A DNA stretch of 64,000 nucleotides, taken from Bryobacterales bacterium (lineage in GTDB: Bacteria; Acidobacteriota; Terriglobia; Bryobacterales; UBA6623). The notes below the pieces were generated by a model. The model saw only the letters and a program-made list of their open reading frames with translations. It was not told the origin of the DNA and ran no database searches. The translations under genes were made by a program, and so were the position numbers. The stretch is taken from positions 506,981 through 570,980 of the forward strand of contig OZ250179.1 in NCBI GenBank assembly GCA_965238125.1, given 5' to 3'. This document shows positions 1 through 8,857 of this stretch, piece by piece (within the stretch, counting starts at the first letter, position 1; the number at the start of each line of letters is the position of its first letter).

Positions 1-342
1 GAACAACATGCGGTCGCGCGTGATCGTGGCGGCATTGACCCAGCCGTCGAGTCGGCCGAATTCGGCGAGGGCCGTCTCGACGAGCACGGCAGCGGCGGCG
101 GGGTCGGCGATCGAAGCGGCGGAAGCGACGGCACGCCCACCGTCATCGCGAATCGCCGCGGCGGCGGCTTCGGCGACGTTCTCATCACCGGGCCGGCCGT
201 CGAGCTCGACACCGTTGTCGTTGATGACGACGGCCGCGCCGCGCGAGGCCAGCTCGCGAGCCAGCCCCTGGCCGATGCCGCGTCCGCCACCGGTGATGAC
301 GATCGCTTTCGACGAAAAATCAGTCCGCTCGGAATCGCTCAT
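1..342 (-). CDS. SDR-family oxidoreductase, N-terminal part (3' end lies outside the window)
   Basis: Own minus-strand translation from ATG at 342-340: MSDSERTDFSSKAIVITGGGRGIGQGLARELASRGAAVVIND... It carries the TGxxxGxG Rossmann motif of classical SDRs. The frame is still open at position 1, so it is absent from the ORF track. Confidence 0.75.
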   Translation of the reverse strand, partial: MSDSERTDFSSKAIVITGGGRGIGQGLARELASRGAAVVINDNGVELDGRPGDENVAEAAAAAIRDDGGRAVASAASIADPAAAAVLVETALAEFGRLDGWVNAATITRDRMLF

Positions 343-473
343 GTGCGTTTCAGAGTAGCGAAGGAGCAGCCGGGCGTGCCGTGCCGGCGTCGGATGGAAG
401 CGCCGGGCCATTCGAAAACAGGCTGTTTTCGGCTTGCCCGGGTCGATGAGAAGCTCGGGAAGGACTTTCTAAC

Positions 474-1067
474 GTGCTCTCCGCGACATACGGCGCGCCT
501 TTGGCGGCGTTTCCCGAACTGCTCCGGGCGAGCGATCGACATTCGGCGGGCTCAGAACCTTCGTCGACCGAAACACCCCTCAAGATCTCGCTGCGCGCCG
601 CGGCAAGCCAAGAGGCGTCAGCGGGCGGCCTGACGTCCGAAGAACGCCAGGTTGTTCTCGAACTCCAGCAAACCGACCGCCAAGTGCGGGGGCATGAGCA
701 GGCTCACCTGGCTGCGGCCGGCGGCTTGGCGCGAGGCGTCTCGTTCACGTTCGTCACCGGTCCCGACGGCCGGCAGTACGCGGTGGGGGGCGAAGTCTCG
801 ATCGACACATCTCCCGTCTCCGGAGACCCGGCAAGGACGATTCAGAAAGCCCAACAGATCCGCGCCGCCGCCAATGCGCCGGCCAACCCGTCGGGGCAAG
901 ACCGCGCCGTGGCCGGCCAAGCGTCTCAGATGGAACAGGCCGCCCGACAGGAGTTGGCGGCCAAGAAACGGGAAGAACTTGACGACCACAACCAACGCCG
1001 GGCGGCCGACGCTTTCCGGCAGAGTGAGACCCCGCCGTTGGGGCAGGTCCTTTCGGTCGTGGCTTGA
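474..1067 (+). CDS. SprA-related / putative zinc metalloprotease family protein
   Basis: 197-aa ORF with core ...QVRGHEQAHLAAAGG...GPDGRQYAVGGEVSIDTSPV...AAANAPANPSGQDRAVA. HEQAH is an HExxH motif. The true start is uncertain (GTG at 474; the first ~50 aa are low complexity). Confidence 0.55.
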   Translation: MLSATYGAPLAAFPELLRASDRHSAGSEPSSTETPLKISLRAAASQEASAGGLTSEERQVVLELQQTDRQVRGHEQAHLAAAGGLARGVSFTFVTGPDGRQYAVGGEVSIDTSPVSGDPARTIQKAQQIRAAANAPANPSGQDRAVAGQASQMEQAARQELAAKKREELDDHNQRRAADAFRQSETPPLGQVLSVVA

Positions 1068-1087
1068 GCTTGGGTCGCCGGCCCGGG

Positions 1088-2275
1088 CTAGGGCCCGCTC
1101 ACTGGCTGCAAGCTCGTCTCGATTGCAGCGATTCTGCGTTCCAACGGCGACGGGAGCGGGTCGAACTCGGCGGCTTGCTTGAGGTATTGCAACAGACGAG
1201 TGGCGGTGTCGCTTTCAGGCAGTGGGATTTTCCGGTTCCGGTGCAGAGCGAAAGCTTTTCCATCTTCGATCAAGAGGCAAGCCATGCGCCTTCCGTAGTA
1301 AGAGCCCAGCCCGACATCGATGAAAACCGCGCGGCCGTCAAATCGCGTCATCACCGCTCCGTCGGTTACGGTGTGGCCCATGACGATGCGTTTTGCTTCG
1401 TGGGTGGCCAGCACGTGTTCTAAATGACGCGATTCGGGCCCGGCATCGTTGAGCGCCAAACCGCGATACCAGAGCGGCCCTTCGGCATCGACGGCCAATC
1501 CGCCTTGGATATCGGCCTGACCCTTCAGTTCCGCTCGGATCCGGGCGTTCAATTGCGCGAGGGTCGCCGAGGCATATCTCGGCCCGATTCCCCCATGCAG
1601 GAAGAGCGTGCCGTTGATCTTAACGACGGCATTGTGGCGGCTGATCCAACGGCCGTATTTCCCTTTCCTGCTGAATGCGGATTGATGTTCCAACAGCCCG
1701 AGCGCGTGATGTTCTTCCCATCGGCGTTTGTAGTCCGGACCGAACTCCGGCGTCTGCCCGAGGGGAGAGTTCCTTTGCAGTTCCTTGACATGCTGCCCGT
1801 AGACTTGGTCGCGCAGCATCTCCGAGTTCTTGTTCCGGAAAGCCGCGAATTCGCCGACGTGGACATACCGAAGGTCCCCGTACATGTTCATGGCTTCGTG
1901 ATTGCCGATCAGGGCGTGGACGTAGCCGCCGGCCTTCTTGGCCTGCTTTTCGAGTTTCATCAACAGGTCCATCACGTCGCGGCTGCGGGCGCCGCGGTCG
2001 GGAACATCGCCGGTTTGGACCAGGTGCGCTTTTCCACCGGCCCACTTATTTTCTTTATCGAGCAAGCCGGCGCCGCGCAGCAGCTTGACAAACTGCTCGT
2101 AGTCGCCGTGAACATCTCCCACGGCGACAATCCGCTCCACGCCGCTCCAGGCGTCTTGCGCCGCGGGAGCAACGGGAATGGTGAGAAAAACGACGAGGGA
2201 AAGAAGAAACAACCGGGGCGGCAAGCCTCGACCGAGACGTGGTTGCAGCGGCGGTTTTGTCAACGCCGGAATCAC
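1088..2275 (-). CDS. Secreted metallophosphoesterase (calcineurin-like phosphatase fold)
   Basis: 395-aa ORF with a hydrophobic N-terminal signal (LFLLSLVVFLTIPVAPAAQ) and the motifs GDVHGD, GDVPDRG and GNHE. Confidence 0.8.
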   Translation of the reverse strand: MIPALTKPPLQPRLGRGLPPRLFLLSLVVFLTIPVAPAAQDAWSGVERIVAVGDVHGDYEQFVKLLRGAGLLDKENKWAGGKAHLVQTGDVPDRGARSRDVMDLLMKLEKQAKKAGGYVHALIGNHEAMNMYGDLRYVHVGEFAAFRNKNSEMLRDQVYGQHVKELQRNSPLGQTPEFGPDYKRRWEEHHALGLLEHQSAFSRKGKYGRWISRHNAVVKINGTLFLHGGIGPRYASATLAQLNARIRAELKGQADIQGGLAVDAEGPLWYRGLALNDAGPESRHLEHVLATHEAKRIVMGHTVTDGAVMTRFDGRAVFIDVGLGSYYGRRMACLLIEDGKAFALHRNRKIPLPESDTATRLLQYLKQAAEFDPLPSPLERRIAAIETSLQPVSGP

Positions 2276-2316
2276 ACCTCACCTTACCAAGGTCGCGCCC
2301 CCGAATATCCGTGTGG

Positions 2317-3288
2317 TTATCGGTTGTAGATCGGCGTGGGTCCCCGCAGGCGCCCCCAGACTTCATCGCATTGATCGACGGTCGAGGCGTCCAAGGGAGG
2401 ACCGTCGAGGGCTCGCAGATTGTTTTCGAGCTGCTCGGCGCGCGAGGCTCCTAAAATAACCGCGTCGACACCGTCCCGCGCGAAGACCCAGTGCAACGCC
2501 AACTCGACCAAGCCGCGCCCGGCCCGCTCGGCAATAGCTTTCAGTTCTTCCACAGCGTGGAAGTAGCCTTCATGCCAGTAGCGGTTCTGATACATCTTGT
2601 TGCCGTCGAAACGCGTCCCTTCGATCGGTCCTTTGTCCGGGCTGTGCTTACCCGTTAGAAGGCCCCCGGCCAGGGGATTGTAGGCGACGACGCCGACTTC
2701 GAAGCGTTCCGTAAACGTTAAATACTCCTGTTCAATGCCCCGAGCGAGGATGTTGTACATGGGCTGTGAAACCCATGGTGGCTGATAACCATTTTTTTCG
2801 CACAACCAAAAGATTTCACAAAGTTGCCAGGCGCTGTAATTCGATGTCGCCGAATAACGGATCTTTCCTTCGTGGCGTAATTCCTCCAGGGTTTCCAGCG
2901 TCTCTTCGATGGGAGTATCGTAATCCGGTTGATGTAAGTAATAGATATCCAAATAATCCGTCCGCAAACGAGCAAGGCTCTCTTCGATGCCTCGTCGAAT
3001 GGCGGCGCGGGATAGTCCGCCGTAGGAGGGCTCCCGTTTCATCAGCCCGCGCACTTTACTGGCGAGGACGACCCGCGGACGTTTGGGACCAAGCGCGGCG
3101 CCTAGAATTTCCTCCGAGCGTCCCTGATTGTAGACGTTCGCGGTGTCGAAGAAGTTGATTCCGGCGTCCAGGCAAATATTCACCATCCGCCGAGATTCTG
3201 CTTCGTCGGCTTGAGAGCCAAACGTCATGGTCCCCATACAAGCCCTGGAGACTTCGAGGTCGGCGCGCGGCAGTTTTGTTGTTTCCAT
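2317..3288 (-). CDS. Aldo/keto reductase
   Basis: 323-aa ORF: ...CMGTMTFG..., INFFDTANVYNQGRSEEILG, DYLDIYYLHQPD, VVAYNPLAGGLLTGK. Typical AKR layout and length. Confidence 0.9.
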   Translation of the reverse strand: METTKLPRADLEVSRACMGTMTFGSQADEAESRRMVNICLDAGINFFDTANVYNQGRSEEILGAALGPKRPRVVLASKVRGLMKREPSYGGLSRAAIRRGIEESLARLRTDYLDIYYLHQPDYDTPIEETLETLEELRHEGKIRYSATSNYSAWQLCEIFWLCEKNGYQPPWVSQPMYNILARGIEQEYLTFTERFEVGVVAYNPLAGGLLTGKHSPDKGPIEGTRFDGNKMYQNRYWHEGYFHAVEELKAIAERAGRGLVELALHWVFARDGVDAVILGASRAEQLENNLRALDGPPLDASTVDQCDEVWGRLRGPTPIYNR

Positions 3289-3438
3289 CTTGATTCCTTT
3301 GCTGTTGATAAGCGTAGGGAGAGGCGTTGTTGCGAATGCCGTTTGCGGGCAGTCAATAGCCCATCACCATGGGCAGAGCGTGGATCGGGTTACTTACTCT
3401 TCCTTGTGAGATGCAAGTTATGTTAGCATTGAAACGTT

Positions 3439-3681
3439 ATGAGCGATGTACTTGCCTTACTCATCGAAGAAAGAGACCGCTTGAATCAAGCGATTGCCGT
3501 GTTGCAAGGCCCTAAACGCCGCGGCCGGCCACCGGGGAGCGGCTCGTCCGCCCAAGCAGTCGCCGCCAAGCCGGCCGTCAAGAAAAGAAAACGGCGCACC
3601 ATGAGCGACGAGCAGAAAGCCATCGTTTCGGCCCGTATGAAAAAATACTGGGCGGCGCGACGCAAAGCCAAGAAAAAGTGA
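3439..3681 (+). CDS. Small basic hypothetical protein (80 aa)
   Basis: ORF with ATG start in a lower-GC intergenic context and a Lys/Arg-rich C-terminus. No family recognised. Confidence 0.35.
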   Translation: MSDVLALLIEERDRLNQAIAVLQGPKRRGRPPGSGSSAQAVAAKPAVKKRKRRTMSDEQKAIVSARMKKYWAARRKAKKK

Positions 3682-3835
3682 CGTAAGCGTCCCCGGAAGC
3701 GTCCAGGTTCCAGGTTGTTGGAATCGCGCTGAAAAGCGGCCCCCGGATTGTCGGGTCGGTTTGGGTAAAGTCGGGGTGTGTCCGCGAACCGGATGACGCT
3801 GCATGCCGGCCCGAAGCAAGTCGGCCCAAGGCGGC

Positions 3836-4744
3836 TTACTTGCCGAGAGCACGGCGCAAAGCGCCCTCTAGTTCCGGGTATTGAAAGGCGTAGCCGAGTT
3901 GTTCGGCCTGCGCGGGCAACACGCGCTTGCTCGACAAAAGTTCCGCGGCAAAGCCTCCCAAGACCATCTTGAGAGCGAATGCCGGGGCCGGCATGAAGGC
4001 TGGCCGTGACAGAACGCGACCCAACACGCGGGCAAACTCCTTTTGACGTAGCGGGGACGGGGCAACGCCGTTGACCACGCCCTGACGGCCCGTGTCCAAT
4101 AGCCGGACTACCAACCCGATCAAGTCATCGCGGTGAATCCAGGACCACCATTGGCGGCCGGAGCCCAACGGTCCGCCGGCGCCAAGTCGAAACGGAAGTA
4201 ACATCGCACCGAGCGCTCCGCCGCCGCGCGCCAACACAATACCGACGCGAAGGCGCGACACGCGAATGCCGTGCTCCTCGGCCTTGCGCGCCTCGGCTTC
4301 CCATTCGCGGCTCACGCCGGCGAGAAAATCAGTCCCAGGGGAGGACGACTCCGTCAATTCCTCGTCGTTTCGGTCGCCGTAATACCCGATCGCGCTCGCG
4401 GAAACGAAAACCCGGGGCTTCGGATCCGCGTGGCGCAGCGCATCGACGAGGTGGCGCGTGCCTACCACTCGGCTGTCGCGGATGGCTTGTTTCTTCGCGC
4501 TTGTCCAGCGCCCTACTACGGGTTCCCCAAGCAAGTGAACGACTCCTTCGACACCGTCGAACGCATGACGCGGGGCGGGGCCGCCGGCGGGTTCCCAAGC
4601 GTGGGCCTCGACTAGGTCGGGGACTGTCACCTTGGCTCTCTCCGGATCGCGGGATAGCGCCGTCACGCGATGTCCCTGCTGAGTGAGTGTCCGACAAAGC
4701 TCAGTACCGACAAAGCCGGTTGCTCCGGTGACGAGGATGTTCAT
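3836..4744 (-). CDS. TIGR01777/YfcH-like NAD-dependent epimerase family protein (C-terminal DUF1731-type)
   Basis: MNILVTGATGFVGTELCRTL Rossmann start, ...WIHRDDLIGL... and a YfcH-like C-terminal region. The track ORF (3836..4924) extends 60 codons upstream through a Pro/Gly-rich stretch; I prefer the ATG at 4744. Confidence 0.8.
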   Translation of the reverse strand: MNILVTGATGFVGTELCRTLTQQGHRVTALSRDPERAKVTVPDLVEAHAWEPAGGPAPRHAFDGVEGVVHLLGEPVVGRWTSAKKQAIRDSRVVGTRHLVDALRHADPKPRVFVSASAIGYYGDRNDEELTESSSPGTDFLAGVSREWEAEARKAEEHGIRVSRLRVGIVLARGGGALGAMLLPFRLGAGGPLGSGRQWWSWIHRDDLIGLVVRLLDTGRQGVVNGVAPSPLRQKEFARVLGRVLSRPAFMPAPAFALKMVLGGFAAELLSSKRVLPAQAEQLGYAFQYPELEGALRRALGK

Positions 4745-5025
4745 CGAGTGCCCCCCTCCCCCGGTCTCGTTGTCGACGCGGCGAGCCGGTGCGTATCGAG
4801 TTGCGATTTCAATGGTACCGCGCGAGGCCTCGGCGGGGATCGTGCCGTGAAGTCCGGGAAATGGGCAGACGGAGGGGTGTTTGGTTGCCGGTGGTGGCCG
4901 GGGGGGGGCGGGTTCGGGGCCCAATCGCCGACATACGGACGCCGACCGGGGCGGCTTGCTGGCCTATACTGGGACTTTCGCGAAGTCCTCGGCGTTTTTT
5001 TTGTCGCCCTCGCGAGAGGAATTTC

Positions 5026-5928
5026 TTGGAAAACGAATCCCGTCAGAACCCGCCTCGCTGGAAGCATCTCGTCGGTTGGAGCGCGGCGGTCGTGATGGCC
5101 TTGCTTTGGCTCGTTGCGGGCGTTTGGAAACTGACCGACCTGTCCGGCTTCCAAGTGAAGATGACGCAATTGCTTGTGCCGGTCTCAGTGAGCCTGCCGG
5201 CGACGTTCACGCTGGCGGTTTCGGAAACCTTCACCGGCTTATTGTTGTTGCGTCCGGCGTGGCGGCGTTGGGGTGGGTATCTTTCCGTCGCCCTGTTGCT
5301 GGTCTTCATGGCTTACGTGGGGATCAACTACGAGGCGCTGCGGGGAGCCGATTGCAGTTGCTTCCCGTGGATTGAAAGAGCCGTCGGCCCCGGGTTCTTC
5401 ATCGGTGACGGCATTATGTTGGCGATCGGGGCTCTGGCGGCCGTTTTCTCACCGCCGCCGGCGCGTCCGCGCGGCGCGGCGACTCTGCTCGCCGGCGTCG
5501 TCGTGTTGGGCGGGGTTTCGGCCGGGTGGGATCAGTTGGGCCCCGGCCCCGAGTCCGATGTTCCCGCAACGATTCAGGTTGAGTCCGGGGAACTGAATTT
5601 GCACGACGGCGCGGTCTTTATCTACTTTTTCAATCCGACTTGTTTGCACTGTCTCGACGCCGGCATCGCGATGGCGGAGTTGAACTGGAAGGCGACGTTC
5701 GTGGGCGCGCCGACGCAGGACTTTGAATTCGCGCCGGGCTTCGTTGATGACACGGGGCTCCAGGACGTACAGCTTTCTCCGGACCTCGACCTGCTGCGCG
5801 GCAAGTTCCCGTTCGAGGATGTCCCTTACGGCGTGGCGGTCGACGAAGGCCGGGTGGTGGGGCGTTTGCTTTTCTTCGAGGAACCGGAGCTGAGCAAGCA
5901 GCTTCGCGCATTCGGTTTCGTGGAATAA
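5026..5928 (+). CDS. MauE/DoxX-type membrane protein fused to a thioredoxin-like domain
   Basis: Several hydrophobic helices (ALLWLVAGVWKL, FTLAVSETFTGLLLL, YLSVALLLVFMAY, IMLAIGALAAVF), a CSCFPW motif and a C-terminal FFNPTCLHC CxxC motif. Start uncertain: TTG at 5026 preceded by GAGAGGA, or ATG at 5095. The track ORF begins at 4789. Confidence 0.6.
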   Translation: MENESRQNPPRWKHLVGWSAAVVMALLWLVAGVWKLTDLSGFQVKMTQLLVPVSVSLPATFTLAVSETFTGLLLLRPAWRRWGGYLSVALLLVFMAYVGINYEALRGADCSCFPWIERAVGPGFFIGDGIMLAIGALAAVFSPPPARPRGAATLLAGVVVLGGVSAGWDQLGPGPESDVPATIQVESGELNLHDGAVFIYFFNPTCLHCLDAGIAMAELNWKATFVGAPTQDFEFAPGFVDDTGLQDVQLSPDLDLLRGKFPFEDVPYGVAVDEGRVVGRLLFFEEPELSKQLRAFGFVE

Positions 5929-6016
5929 GCCGTGCGGGGGCTTAGCGAGGCGCGCCGCCGGCGGCGCCGCCGGCAGAGCACTCGTGGTTGGTGAGCTTCG
6001 TTAGCGGATTCATCCG

Positions 6017-7753
6017 TTGAAAATCATGCTCCGTTCGCGCAAACCGCTAATTCTTCGGGGTGCTCTGGCGGCCGCGGCCGTTGTGCTCTTGTGCCAGCAA
6101 GACTTTCCCGCCTCAGCCGGTACTTCGGAAACCTCGCCGGTCGCTCCCGGCATGCGTCGCGTGACCGTCGATCCAGGACGCGGTGAGCGGAGCGGAGCGC
6201 GAGGCCCGGGTGTCTTTTCGGCGGGCCGACAACGGGGATTACTATCCGCCTTTCGGCCATGCGCGCAAGATCGCGGGGCGCCGCTTCGGCGGGGATCTGA
6301 GCTTGTTCGATGGGACGAAATGGGCCTACGTCCCGGCGCGATTCGAGATCGATTTGCCGGCCGGGGAGATTGAAGTCGAGGCGGTTCGCGGTTTCGAGTA
6401 TGAGGTGTATCGAGCGCGTTTCGATTCTTCCCAACTCGACGCCGGGCACTTAACGATTCCGCTGAAACGCTGGGTCGACATGGAAGCGCGCGGTTGGCGC
6501 CCCGGTGACACGCACCATCACTTCCCCGGGCCCGCCGCCACGATGCTCGAGATGAAAGGCGAGGGGCTCAGCGTCGCCAACCTGCTGGCGCTCAAGAGCG
6601 GCGCCGGTCCCGGCGAGCGTCCCGGCGAGGGAGAATTTTGGAACACCGAACATTTTGAGGGCCGACTCAGCCGCCTTTCCGAGCGGCGGCACTTGCTGTA
6701 CGTCAACGAGGAATTCCGCAATCATTTTCTGGGGCATTTGATTTTCCTCAATCTGCGCAGGCTTGTCGCGCCGATCAGCACGGGCGAGTTGCCCGAAAAC
6801 GGCTGGGGCGGCTTCGATTTGCCGACGCACGCCGATGCCGCTGAATCCGCGCGCCGACAAGGCGGTCTGGTGTTGTGGGCTCACTTCCCCTATCCCAACG
6901 GCGAATGTCCGGTTGATACGGCCTTGGGGAAGATCGACGGTTTTGATCTGCTGACCACCGGCAGTCCCTTTGAGCTGCATCCGACTTTACGTCGCATCTA
7001 CAAGATGTACGGACCGAAAATTTACGACATGGCGCCGATCGACATTTACTACGCCTATCTCAATTGCGGTTTCCGCGTGACCGCGACGGCGGGGTCGGAC
7101 AAGATGGGACCGAGGGTGCCGCTCGGCAGCGGGCGCGTGTACGCCCACACCGGATCAACGTTCGACTACCCAAGCTGGATTGAGGCGATTCGGCGCGGAC
7201 GGACGTTTGTTTCGACGGGGCCGCTGGTGGAAATCAGCGTGGAGGGGCGAGGCCCGGGCGACGAGATTGCTTTTAGCGCTTCCGAGGCGGCCGAGGGTTC
7301 GGTCGAACTCGATGTCGAAGCGGTGTGCCGATCGCGGACGGCCTATGAAAAGCTCGAATTGATCCGTAACGGCAAAGTGATCGCCGCAGTGGAACCGGAC
7401 GGGGAGCACTTCGAGGCGAAGATTAGGACGAAGGTCGAAATGGACCGGACCGGTTGGCTGGCGGCGCGCTGTCACGGCCCGAGATGCTGCCCTACGGAGG
7501 CCCTCCGGGCCACTGGTTTCGCATGCCGGCTTTCGCGCACACCAGCCCGGTTTGGGTGACGATGGAAGGGCGGCCGATCGATCCGGGCAACGCCCCGGAA
7601 CTCTTCCTCGACCAGATCGATGATCTCGACCACTATATCGCGCATCGTGGGAACTATCCCGACGAGGTGTCCAAGCAACGTAGCTTCGACCAGATCGAAG
7701 AGGCCCGCCGCATCTATCGGGCGCTCGCAGCGAGTGGGGTTAAGGCACAATAG
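6017..7753 (+). pseudogene. CehA/McbA-family (PHP-like) metallohydrolase, apparently interrupted by two 1-nt frameshifts
   Basis: Three track ORFs in different frames. 6017..6373 gives a signal peptide (MKIMLRSRKPLILRGALAAAAVVLLC...MRRVTV). 6183..7559 gives IQDAVSGAEREARVSFRRADNGDYYPP, GDTHHHF, LWAHFPYP, ATAGSDKMG, AIRRGRTFVSTGPL. 7454..7753 gives EMLPYGGPPGHWFRMPAFAHTSPVWV. Continuity ...WLAARCHG|PEMLPYGG needs a 1-nt correction in the C-run at 7478-7480. Joining the signal peptide needs another near 6165-6172. Confidence 0.55.
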
Positions 7754-7942
7754 GATCTGCGTGCGGTTCCCAAACGCGGATCGGGTGCAATCAGCCAGGG
7801 TTTTCCAGAGTAGACGGAATGGAGACGCAACCCGCGATGAAGATCGCGGACTCCCGTCCGCGCTTCGGTCCGGCTGTCTGAAATTTGCGCCATAATCGGC
7901 AACGATTTGACCCTACAGGCACCAAGGAGACAAACGAATAAC

Positions 7943-8713
7943 ATGTCCGCTGATCTTTTCAATCTTTCCGGCCGGTCCGCACTGATCACAGGGGGCGGCC
8001 GCGGGCTGGGCAAAGCCATGGCTCGCGGTTTCGCCCAGGCCGGAGCCGATATTCTTCTTGCTTCCCGCACCGAAAGTGAACTCGAAGCCGCCGCCGCCGA
8101 AGTCGCCGACGGGCTCGACGTCAAGGTCGAGTGGATGGGCGTCGATATGACCGACCGCGATCAGGTCGACGGGCTGGCGCGCGAGGCGGTCGCGCGGCTC
8201 GGCAAGATCGACATTCTTGTCAACAACGCCGGCACGAATATTCCCGCCGCCATCGATGACATTACCGACGACGCGTGGGATCAAGTTGTCGAGCTGAATC
8301 TCTCCGGGTGCATGCGGCTGATGCGCGCGTTGATTCCCGCAATGAAAGAACGCGGATGGGGCCGTGTCATCAATATTTCCTCGATACTGGGCCTGGCAGC
8401 CAAGGAGACCCGCAACGTCTACTGTGCGACGAAGTTCGGACTGATCGGTTTGACGAAAGCCGCCGCGCTCGATGTCGGTTCATCGAATGTAACCGTCAAT
8501 GCCATCGCACCGGGGCCGTTCCTCACTGAGCTGCCCGGGAGTCTGCTGACCGATGCGGAGCAGAAGCTCTTCGCCGAGCGGACCGCTCTGGGTCGGTGGG
8601 GACGTCCCGAGGAACTTGTCGGCCCGGCCTTGATGATGGCGAGTGACGCGGGAAGCTATGTTACGGGGACCTGTCTGACCGTCGACGGAGGGGTGCTGGC
8701 CCGGGGGATTTGA
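7943..8713 (+). CDS. SDR-family oxidoreductase (gluconate 5-dehydrogenase-like)
   Basis: MSADLFNLSGRSALITGGGRGLGKAM..., NNAG, S...YCATKFGLIGLTK catalytic motif. AGGAG lies upstream of the ATG at 7943; the track ORF starts 12 codons earlier at 7907. Confidence 0.9.
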   Translation: MSADLFNLSGRSALITGGGRGLGKAMARGFAQAGADILLASRTESELEAAAAEVADGLDVKVEWMGVDMTDRDQVDGLAREAVARLGKIDILVNNAGTNIPAAIDDITDDAWDQVVELNLSGCMRLMRALIPAMKERGWGRVINISSILGLAAKETRNVYCATKFGLIGLTKAAALDVGSSNVTVNAIAPGPFLTELPGSLLTDAEQKLFAERTALGRWGRPEELVGPALMMASDAGSYVTGTCLTVDGGVLARGI

Positions 8714-8857
8714 TCGGTTGAGACAGGGAAGCCCGTACTCCTTCGAGGGCGGTCGGGGAGACGGTATTCGTTAGCGCACGGAACGCGTCCGCTACGGTTC
8801 TTCTATTTAGCCGGCCGCATCGGATACCGCTTGCTTACGCGCGCGGCTCAGTTTGGT

